This document shows, piece after piece, positions 1-8,697 of a stretch of 12,564 bases of DNA. Within the stretch, counting starts at the first letter, position 1. Each line of letters starts with the position of its first letter. A program made the translations under genes and the position numbers. Below the pieces are notes generated by a model. That model made no database searches. It was not told the DNA's origin and saw only the letters and a list, made by a program, of their open reading frames with translations. Source of the DNA: Paraspadella gotoi (Eukaryota > Animalia > Chaetognatha); NCBI GenBank assembly GCA_051294375.1, contig CM119264.1, positions 2,760,986 to 2,773,549 on the forward strand, given 5' to 3'.

Positions 1-663
1 TCTCTCTCTCTCTCTTCACGGCTCCGTAGCCATAATCCCAATAATCATAGAGGCTCGAAATGGGCCCTGATATTTAACGAGGTTTAACCGGGGCTCGACG
101 GCTCGTATATTTTCGAACGACGGCCTCGCGACCGGTCGAGGCTTGTCGGTCGAGGCTTGTCCCGTCACTTCGAAACATAGAAAACTTTTAAAGTACACAC
201 GAGACTTCGAAAATATTTTTTTTCAACTTTGGATATATAAAATGGAATAAATTCTTTCTTATTCTGAATTTAAAAATATGTTTTTAAAAATCCCATCGTA
301 TTTTGTAATAGACAACTTGCCCTCTCATGTACCTATATAGTATATAGTATTTAATCTTGATTTTCTAAGCAATATAAGGTTAAAGGAGTTAAAAAATATT
401 ACATCAAAATTCTTGGTATATACTTTTTTATAATTTTTTTTTCATGGATTACCAGAACTCATCGCAAGCAGACGATGTCCTGACATTGTGCTGTGAAAGC
501 CTGATGGGCAGGACCGTGGCCCGATTGTCCGTGTTACACAACCAGGCAGCCGGGCAGCCTCCCAGAGGGACCGTCCGTTCGTCTTTTGGCCGTTATCGGC
601 CGTTTCTGCTCGACCCTCGCCAGCGTCGCCTGAACCCGTCCGCTCGCGTTAGTTCTTTTGGGG

Positions 664-836
664 TTCACACACTCTTCTATCTCTTCTCGTTTTCTCGTCC
701 TCTGTCTCGGTCTCTTTTTTCTCTTTACTCTCTCTTGTCTCTCTGCTCTCCTCCTCGTCTCTCTCTCTCTCTCTCTCTTACACTCTCTCTTCTTCTCTCT
801 CCGTTCTCTCTCTTTCTCTCTCGTCTCTCGTTCTCT
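664..836. repeat. Degenerate (CT)n microsatellite
   Basis: Direct reading of the sequence. Confidence 0.9.
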
Positions 837-846
837 CCCCATAAAG

Positions 847-959
847 AGGATACTAATACGCGACTGGTCCGGGTTCATGTGCGACGCTTGGCGAGTGTCG
901 AGCATAGAAAACGGGCCGATAACGGCCATAAAGACGTCACTACGGACGGTCTCCCTCTG
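847..959 (+). CDS. Candidate isolated exon, frame undetermined (EDTNTRLVRVHVRRLASVEHRKRADNGHKDVTTDGLPL or RILIRDWSGFMCDAWRVSSIENGPITAIKTSLRTVSL)
   Basis: Follows a CT tract ending CATAAAG|; donor CTG|GTGAGG at 959/960; GC-rich; two frames open. Confidence 0.25.
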
Positions 960-1017
960 GTGAGGCTTCGCCCGGCTGTCCTGATTGTGCTAACACGCAT
1001 TTTCTCTCGTCTTTTTT

Positions 1018-1042
1018 NNNNNNNNNNNNNNNNNNNNNNNNN
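1018..1042. other. Assembly gap, 25 N
   Basis: N run. Confidence 1.
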
Positions 1043-1112
1043 GAGATTTTTGTCAAAAAGGTGGAAGGAAAAACGGTAACGGCTGGAGTAGCGGGACTAA
1101 AAGGAAAGAGGA

Positions 1113-1170
1113 GTTTCCGGTGTCCAGGACGCCACTCGCTCGCACGAGTGGCGTCTTGGGCACCGGAAGC
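1113..1170 (+). other. 26-bp stem / 6-nt loop hairpin
   Basis: 1113-1138 pairs continuously with 1145-1170: 23 Watson-Crick and 3 G.T/U pairs; loop CTCGCA. Confidence 0.85.
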
Positions 1171-1279
1171 GCGCGCAAGATGGCGTCGCTCGTGAAGATG
1201 GCGCCGGTGGAACGGAATCGCGGGCTAATGGCCCATTGACGCCGGAAGAGCGTCATCGTTTGGCTACGTAGTTTTGGTT

Positions 1280-1591
1280 AGGGGGAGGGAGGCTGAGGGA
1301 GGAAGGGAGGAAAGAAAAGAAAAGGAGAAAAAAGTTGAAATGAGAAAGAAAATTAAGAGAAGAATGGAAAGAAAGAAAAAGAGAGAAAGAAATTACAATA
1401 TTCAAAAAGAAATAAAAAAGAAAGAAAGAAAAAAAGAACAAAGAAGGATAAAAGGCAAACCTTATATGAAAAGAAGAATTTTTTGCACATTAAAATACAT
1501 ATCTCTTCTTGCCAAAATAAAAAAGAAAGAACTGGGATCCAAAAAAATAAAAATGCATGAATAAATGAGAGTCAGACTCAGAACCAAAAAA

Positions 1592-1629
<38 letters not shown>

Positions 1630-1920
1630 ACGAGAGAGAAGAGAGAGAGATGGAAGAGAAGAGAGAGGAGAGAGAGAGGCCCAAAAGTAGATAAGAGTGT
1701 GAAAATAGAACGTAACAAGAAATAGCAAAGTATGTAATTAGAGAAAAGAAAATGAAAAAAAAAAGGAAAATAGGAAATAAGAGAGAGGGGGAACATAAAA
1801 AAATAGAAAGAGAAAGAATTAACTGAAATGAATAGAAAAGAGAATAAAAGGGAAAAATTAGAAAAAGAGAAAGGAAAGGACGAGAGAGTAAAGAAACCAA
1901 AGCAAAAAAAAGAAATAGAA
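1280..1920. repeat. A/G-rich low-complexity region including a (GA)n tract at about 1592-1678
   Basis: Strong purine bias on the + strand. Confidence 0.8.
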
Positions 1921-1922
1921 AG

Positions 1923-2115
1923 GAAAGACAATGATACGTTCTAAAGAAAAGAAAGAAAAAGAGAGGAAAGACCCTGACTCATTCAAAAGAAAAGAAAGAG
2001 AAAGTGAGAAAAGACAATGATCCGTCCGAAAGAAAAGAAAGAAAAAGAGAGGAAAGACCCTGATCCGTTCTAAAGAAAAGAAAGAAAAAGAGAGGAAAGA
2101 CCCTGATCCGTCCGA
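1923..2115. repeat. 43-bp tandem repeat, about 4.5 copies
   Basis: Unit GAAAGAC(AA/CC)TGATCCGTTCTAAAGAAAAGAAAGAAAAAGAGAG starting at 1923, 1966, 2009, 2052 and 2095. Confidence 0.9.
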
Positions 2116-2204
2116 ATCTTTGGACGGACGAAAAAGGAACCAAGATTAATGGTCCGACCAATAAACCTTTTCTTCGCTCTTCTCTCTTTGGCTCGAATCT
2201 TGAA

Positions 2205-2775
2205 GGGTGAATAAAGAAAAGAAAAGAAAGAGAAAAGAGAAAAAAGGAAAGTGAATAAATAAAAATATAAAAGGAAAGAATAAAACTTAAAGTGAATAAA
2301 GAAAAAAGAAGAAGAAAGAGAAAAGGAAAAAAAAGTATAGCGAATAAAGAAAAGAGAACAAGAAAGAGAAAAGAGAAAAAAAGGAAATTGAAAAAATAAA
2401 AGAGAAAAAGAAAAAGAAAAGAGAAAAAAGGAAAGTGAATAAAGAAAAGAGAAAAGAGAAAAAAAGGAAATTGAATAAAGAAAAGAGAAGAAGAAAAAGA
2501 AAAGAGAAAAAAGGAAAGTGAATAAAGAAAAGAGAAAAGAAAAAAAAGAAAATTGAATAAAAAAAGAGAAAAGGAAAGAATAAAAGAGAAAAAATGAAAG
2601 TGAATAAAGAAGAGAGAACAAGAAAGAGAAAAGAGAAAAAAGGAAATTGAAAAAAGAAAAGAGAAAAGGAAAGAGAAAAAGAGGTAAGCGAAGAAGGAAA
2701 AGGGGAAAAAGGTAAAGTGAAAGAAAAAAAAAGAAAAAAAAATAAAAGAGAAAAAATAAAGAGAATAAAGGAAAG
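2205..2775. repeat. Degenerate purine-rich minisatellite, units about 35-48 bp
   Basis: Recurring anchor (G/T)TGAATAAAGAAAAGAG...AAAAAAGGAAA, about 12 times. Confidence 0.8.
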
Positions 2776-3119
2776 AAATCGACTTTATTTTTTCTTTTAG
2801 TCGATTTTGAGTCACTCTTTATTTCTTTGCACAAAAAATTCACTAAGTTAAAAATCATAAAAATATCCGATTATTGTCTGGGCGCAAATAAATTTAGAAA
2901 CCAAGAATCGTTCAAGGTGTTGTGCCGCATCGATAACGATACGATTCCAGCGGGATTCCAGTATGATCGCCTGACTGCAGTAGAATTAAACACATAAAGC
3001 CTTTCTGCCAAGAATGATTTAAAATGATGCAGTATTAGCCGTGGTGTAAACATTTTAAATATAAGCGGGACAAACCGATTGTTACTATGTTGCATGTCTG
3101 ATTCATCGAAAAGAAGCGT

Positions 3120-3236
3120 GAGAAGAGAAGAGAGAGAGAGAAGAGAGAGAAGAGAGAGAGAGAGAGAGAGATGGAGGAGAGTAGAGAGATGATGAGAGAG
3201 AGAGAGAGAGAGAGAGCATCAGAGAGAGAGAAGAGA
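3120..3236. repeat. (GA)n microsatellite
   Basis: Direct reading of the sequence. Confidence 0.9.
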
Positions 3237-3352
3237 CGTATAACCGTATTAGCGGTGGCGATTGGCATGAAGAAGGCGAACGAAGTTTGGATAGATGGGA
3301 TTAAACAGTGAACCTTCCGGTCGATCGACGATGTTAGTAGTGCGTTTTCATG

Positions 3353-3460
3353 CTCTCTCTAATGTCTCTCTTCTATCTCTCTCAGTCTCTCTCTCTGCTC
3401 TTCTCTCTCTCTCTCTCCTCTCTCTTCTCTGCCTCTCTCAGTGTCTCTGTCCTTTCTGTC
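3353..3460. repeat. (CT)n microsatellite
   Basis: Direct reading of the sequence. Confidence 0.9.
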
Positions 3461-3554
3461 TGGCAGAAGGCGACATGTTTTCCGGTGGCTGAAAATGAAG
3501 ACGAGAATAGATCGGGAGGATACAAGAAAGTCTTTTGTTTATCTTTTCACGCTG

Positions 3555-4270
3555 AAGAGAAGAGGAGGGAGGTATGGGAGGAAGAGGGGTAGGAATCAGA
3601 GGGAGAGGGGGAGGAATGGAAGGAAAAGGGGTAAAAATTAGAGGAAGAGGGGACGGAAGGAAGGAGGAAGGAGGTAGGAATAGAGGAAGAGGGTGATAGG
3701 ATTAGAGAAAGAGGGGGAGGAGGGAGGAGAGGGGTATGGGAATAGAGGAAGAGGGAGGAGGGGAGGAATGGGAGGAAGAGGGTTAGGAATGATGAGGAGG
3801 AGAGGGGGATTGATAGGGTAGGAAAACGGGGTAAAAGATTAGAGAAGAAGGGGTTAGGAATATGGAGGAAGAGGGAGGAGAGGGAGGAAGAGGGGGGATA
3901 GGAATATGAGGGAGAGGGGGAGGATTGGAGGAAAAGGGGTAAGTAAATAGAGAAGAGGGGAGGAAGAAAGGGAGGAAGAGGGGTTGGAAATATGAGGAAG
4001 AGGGAGAGGAAGGGTAGGAAGAAGGGGTAGGAATGGATGAGGAAGAGGGGGGGAGGAAGGGAGGAAGAGTGTGAGGAAGGGGAAAAAAGAAAGAAAGGAA
4101 GGAAGAGAGAAAATTCCAGGAGAAATGTGTGAAAAAAGGGAGTTTATTGGAGAACAGTTAGGAAAATACAGAGAGGAAGGAAGAAGGACGGAAAAGAGAA
4201 AAATAGAGGAAGAAATACAGGAGGAGAGAATTTAAGGAAGGGAAAGGAAAAAGAAAGAGAGAAAGAAGAA
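3555..4270. repeat. G/A-rich degenerate tandem repeat (about 20-nt motif GAGGAAGAGGGGTAGGAAT) grading into an A-rich purine tract
   Basis: Almost no C on the + strand; the motif recurs many times between 3555 and 4080. Confidence 0.8.
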
Positions 4271-4537
4271 TTTGATTTGATTAGGATTTATTATGCTGGC
4301 AAAATGTGGAAAAATTTAACACAGTAAAACAATGGTATATAGTTAATCGAAGCTTGTAAATATATTATGGTATGTACAGCATTTTAAAGAAATTAAATAA
4401 TTAACAAAACAAAAATGAAGCAAAGTGGAGCTAATTAGTATACATAGTTTAAATTTCAGTATTACCACATAGAGAGAGAGAGGGAGAGAGCGAGTTATCT
4501 CGCGCTGAGGCAAAGTCATTTTTCGGGTTCGGTCGGC

Positions 4538-4758
4538 GTTTGTCCCGCTTAATTTGGTAAAATGTTTTATCACACGGCTAATAACTGCATCATTTTAAAT
4601 CATTCTGGCTAGATAAGTGCTTTATGTGGCTTTAATTCTACTAGTCAGGCGATTCAATATATGGCAAAAAACCGGATATGTATCGCTTGAGAGTAATGGC
4701 GCGATCTGAATTGCTCCGCTGTGATTATCGTATCGTTGTCGATGCGGGCAAACAACAT
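4538..4758 (-). repeat. Inverted noisy copy of 2917-3075
   Basis: CTGCATCATTTTAAATCATTCT is the exact reverse complement of AGAATGATTTAAAATGATGCAG (3011-3032); GTTTGTCCCGCTT matches AAGCGGGACAAAC (3063-3075). Confidence 0.9.
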
Positions 4759-4783
4759 NNNNNNNNNNNNNNNNNNNNNNNNN
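4759..4783. other. Assembly gap, 25 N
   Basis: N run. Confidence 1.
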
Positions 4784-5512
4784 AGGTGTTTTTCCTCCTG
4801 GACGCTGTCACTCCCCTGCAGCTATCGAATTTCTATCCTTTTTCCCGAACTTCCATCCCAAAAAAAAACAGAAATGACGTAAAGTGATATTAAAAGACTG
4901 AAACGTTGCGACTGACTGAGGGGTAGCGAGAGCTAGGATGAGCGGAGGAAGGAGATCAGACGGAGATGAGAGAGAGCGAGAGAGGAGACGAGCGAGAAGA
5001 GAAGGAGAGAGAAGAGTAGAGAGATTGAAGAGAGACGAGAGGAGCGAACGCAGAGCAGATAAACCGACGAGAAGACGTGGCAATGACCTCGTCAAAAAAA
5101 AGGAAAGTAAGAATTTTAATATTAAAAACGGAGGAACTTTGCGTATTGGCCATGCTCCTCCCGAAGGCGCACCGTAATAAGTTTGGAAAATGAAATGTGA
5201 AAACATGACTTAGCCTGTAAAAATGATTCTGTTATCGTCGTGTAACTCTGACTGTACTGGATGATCTGTTCTTTGTACTGTTTGTAAGTAGTGATAGTCA
5301 CTTTACGCTTTCATTGCTTACTCTCTTCGCTCCATTGTTTCTCTCGTGCTCACTTCTTACTCCTTGCTCCTCTTACTCCTTTCATTTCTGTCTCTCCTCT
5401 CCTCCTCTCTCTCTCTCCTTCACTTCTGTACCTCTCTCTCTCGCCTCTAATCGTACTATCCTCTGTACTTGTCTAGCCGAGAAAAAGAATAGGAGTCGGT
5501 TAAAGATGTCTT
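4784..5512 (+). repeat. Direct noisy copy of 2915-3535, including a GA tract (about 4930-5075) and a CT tract (about 5320-5465)
   Basis: Collinear short anchors at 4784, 4816, 5141, 5179, 5287 and 5486. Confidence 0.7.
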
Positions 5513-7472
5513 CGAACTCTGTGATAGATTGTGCTTTTTTGTGTTCTATCAGTTAATAGTAACATCAAGAAGCTAAATATGTCTCTGCGTTCGCATAGGT
5601 TAGTTAATTTTTGATCTTGGATTTTCATTACGCATTACATTTTACAGGTTTATATTGTAATTTGTGAACTGTTGGAAACACGTATAGTGTTTAAGAATTG
5701 TCAAAATTTAGGACTTTCGTTCTAGGCCTCGCGCGAAATAGAATGCGCATTATTTCCTCAATGAGTAATCGCCTTCGGCAGATCGGCCAGTGAACAAACG
5801 TTCTTTTGTTGATATCGTTTTTCGCGACAGTCCGCAGCTGATACAGCAGTACTGTGAGGTGAGCAAGGGCGAGGCTGTCGTAACGATGCTCGTATTTATG
5901 TAGGAAATAGCAGTCCCGGTAAGATGAGAAGTGTGTGAGAGGTATTGCCGTTTATTTTTTAATCAGGGAAGATAAGAAAGGCCGACGGAAATTAAACCCG
6001 GCAGGATGGAGGGAAGAGGCCGAACGGATAGCAGAGAAGAGGCAATAAGGGGCGCCGCCTGGTCGGAATAGAGGAGGGTCCGCGCGCGGTTCCATTCGCG
6101 CGGGGTGTGCCAAATTGCGCGGGCGAGGAACAATGCGCTATCTTCTTTTGGGTGAGCAGACACTAGATCTGTTATTGCACTGTAGTGATAGAGTGCGGGC
6201 GCATATGGTACCTCTAAAAAAAACCGCCATGTGATGAGCGCTCCGAATTAGGTGGGTAGATTAGGAGTGTTGGCTAGTAGAGGAAGAGTTAAACGTAGGA
6301 GAGAGCGTGTATGAGACTAGAGGCGCCATGTGACATTAGTAAAGGATATTAAATTAACTTATAGTGTACTATTCTGTTGCGTGTTGGGTGTCGCGCTATT
6401 CTATGGGGTTTCTTTCACGTTTATATATTGTTTCGTGTGTAGGCTATATCTCGCTAAAGTTCGTGATAAGTGATGATCGTCGTAAGAGAAGAAATTCAGG
6501 AGAATGTGCTGATTACATATATCTAGGGAGTTTTGGGTTGAGTGTACTTTCTTTGCTTATCTGGTCATTTCTTTTCTAATGTACGCGCTGAGGTGGTTAA
6601 AACTGGTGTACAGTGTCAGTTATAGTACCTATAGTGAGTTTCGTAGTTGATTTAACTTTCTATATCCATGTGCATTGGTATATATTTACGGATAGTATAT
6701 TACATTATCATAATTGCTGTTACTGATATCTGTGTCATTGGTACTGTCATGGTGCATGAGGCAGTCTGTACGAGTAGAGTACGTAGTCGTGATCTGTGCA
6801 CGTAGTCTTTCTGTGATGCTTTGCTATTGCTTTCGCTATTCTGTATCTTTGCGTTTACCTGCTTTCTGATTCGCATTGCACTTGGATCCGCAGTACTAAT
6901 GCAGACGTGCAGAGGGTGGATAGGAAGAATAAGTACACGTTTTCTCTGCGTCTTCCGCCTCGGTCGCTTCACGTCTCCCCTTGCGCCATAAAACATACAA
7001 TTGAAACATTCTTTAAAACATTAAACCACTTCATTGATAAAGAAGCCAGGTACTCTGGGAGTGAGTAAACGAGACTGTGAGAGAGTCTTGATTGAAATCT
7101 ATCTTGTAAGAGTGATGGAGGCCTTGAACCACCAAAGCCTGTCCAAAGTCAGGGGCAAAATAGCTTGTTTATTAAATGAACGAATAACTTTTATATTGGT
7201 AGATGGTAGTACCAATTTCATAAAAGAAATTTTGATGAATATGCATATCGGTTATATCGTGGATAAGTCGTTCAGTATTCTGAAGACTACTGCAGTACTA
7301 TCCGCATCTTATCTTGTCCTTCGGCAGCAATATAATAAGGCTTGAGGGTTTTCCAAGCCCTCCAAAGCGGCTCACAGCCGTCCTCCCGCTCCCCGCTGGG
7401 ACTTTACTCAATGAGCCACCGGGGTGAGCTCCGCGCAATGTACAAGTTGAGTTGAACAACTTTTCCTATCTC

Positions 7473-7703
7473 NNNNNNNNNNNNNNNNNNNNNNNNNNNN
7501 NNNNNNNNNNNNNNNNNNNNNNNNNNNNNNNNNNNNNNNNNNNNNNNNNNNNNNNNNNNNNNNNNNNNNNNNNNNNNNNNNNNNNNNNNNNNNNNNNNNN
7601 NNNNNNNNNNNNNNNNNNNNNNNNNNNNNNNNNNNNNNNNNNNNNNNNNNNNNNNNNNNNNNNNNNNNNNNNNNNNNNNNNNNNNNNNNNNNNNNNNNNN
7701 NNN
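7473..7703. other. Assembly gap, 231 N
   Basis: N run. Confidence 1.
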
Positions 7704-8047
7704 GTGAGATCTCACCTTCTTCCTCACCTCTCTCCTCGCCTCCCTCAATATCTACCCCCTCTGCCCTCTCTCACTCTCTCCCTCTCTTCCCTCTCCTGAA
7801 CCTCATATCCTACTCCTCTCTCTCCCCCGCTCCTTCTCTCCCTACCGTTCTACCTCCCTCCCTTCTCTCTACCCATCTTCCCGCTCTCCCTTCCTCTCCC
7901 TAGCTTCTCTCCCTCCCCTCTCTCCCTCTCCTGCCTACTCTTCCTCAATCTCATTACATCCCCGATCCTTCGCTCCCATCTCCTACTCCCCTCTCTCCCT
8001 CTTCTCCCTTCACTCCCTCCCTCCCTCTCTCCAAATTATCTCTCTCT
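7704..8047. repeat. C/T-rich low-complexity tract
   Basis: Polypyrimidine bias, adjacent to the 231-N gap. Confidence 0.85.
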
Positions 8048-8097
8048 TTTTTTGTTTTCCACTTTTCATTTCGTTTCATTTTCTTTTTTATCACCAG

Positions 8098-8156
8098 CGG
8101 CGCGAGTTTCGTGAAAAACAACGGAACAACGACTCTGTTTTACCTGCCTTCACCGG
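8098..8156 (+). CDS. Internal coding exon A of an unidentified spliced gene (GASFVKNNGTTTLFYLPSP)
   Basis: Long polypyrimidine tract ending TCACCAG| at 8097; donor CGG|GTGAGA at 8156/8157. The 59-nt exon is open and ends in phase 1, matching the phase-1 start of exon B (G+GA = Gly). Confidence 0.6.
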
Positions 8157-8697
8157 GTGAGATGGGGGGGGGGAGGGGGTGGGGGGCGTTGGGCTAAGCG
8201 GATGGCGGGCGAAGGGAAAGAGTTTTTGGATTCGATTGGACTAAAAAAGTTAAGGGTAAGTTTCTTTTGTGTTGCGGCACGAAAATCTCTAGGACCTATA
8301 GTATTGGTAAGGACCGGAACAAATATTTTATATTTTCTTTCCGTCTTGTTTGACTTTAATCAGACGCCCACAAACGTCAATTAGTTATCGATTGCCTTTT
8401 TGGTTGGTAATTTTATGTGTACGAGGCAAGCAATGAAAGCTGACTGTACTACAGTTTCCGCTCTTCATTTTCAAGCCACATTTTTTTAACAAAAACCTTT
8501 GACAATTGAAAATACGTATAAGCAAAGGTTTAAAGATTAGGGCTGCGTCTTATTTTTGTCAATTTTAATTAATAGTAGATGGCTGTGGTGGCGTAAAAAT
8601 TATGTCATATCTACTTTTTTTTCCTGTCTTATTACTTTTTAGGATTTTTCTCTTTCCTCTCTCATTTTTTGGTTGAATTCTCTATTTCCCCAACCAG
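8157..8697 (+). other. GT-AG intron between exons A and B (541 nt)
   Basis: GTGAGA...T-rich tract...CCAG; AT-rich; frame preserved on splicing. Confidence 0.6.

Larger units (their letters stand above)
531..996. repeat. Imperfect inverted repeat (arms 531-663 and 837-996) around a (CT)-rich tract
   Basis: For example TGGCCGTTATCGG in the left arm is the reverse complement of CCGATAACGGCCA in the right arm. The arms are collinear throughout and differ mainly by 1-2 nt indels. Confidence 0.9.
2915..3535. repeat. Segment present again as an inverted partial copy (4538-4758) and a direct copy (4784-5512)
   Basis: Shared collinear anchors, listed in the findings. Confidence 0.8.

Noticed and set aside
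531-996. U-insertion RNA editing (pre-edited vs edited copy) as the explanation of the arm differences
   Set aside because: Many extra bases are A/T, but G and C indels also occur, and the context is nuclear-type DNA; read error is simpler.
444-1079. 211-aa ORF
   Set aside because: It runs through a noisy inverted arm, a CT microsatellite and an N gap.
1923-2115. CRISPR-like repeat/spacer array
   Set aside because: The intervening sequences are nearly identical purine runs rather than unique spacers; no cas genes; eukaryotic context.
1979-2858. 262-278 aa minus-strand ORFs resembling membrane proteins
   Set aside because: Phe/Leu/Ser translations of a polypyrimidine strand that rarely forms stop codons; two overlapping frames are open.
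2915-4758. MITE or foldback transposon
   Set aside because: Indel-type divergence, a third copy with the same boundary, a gap-abutting end and no testable target-site duplication favour an assembly artefact.
5960-6350. rRNA or other structured RNA fragment
   Set aside because: No conserved rRNA, tRNA or snRNA motif that I can recognise.
7034-7345. 103-aa ORF
   Set aside because: TTG start, no recognisable motif or splice support, and located in suspected low-quality sequence.
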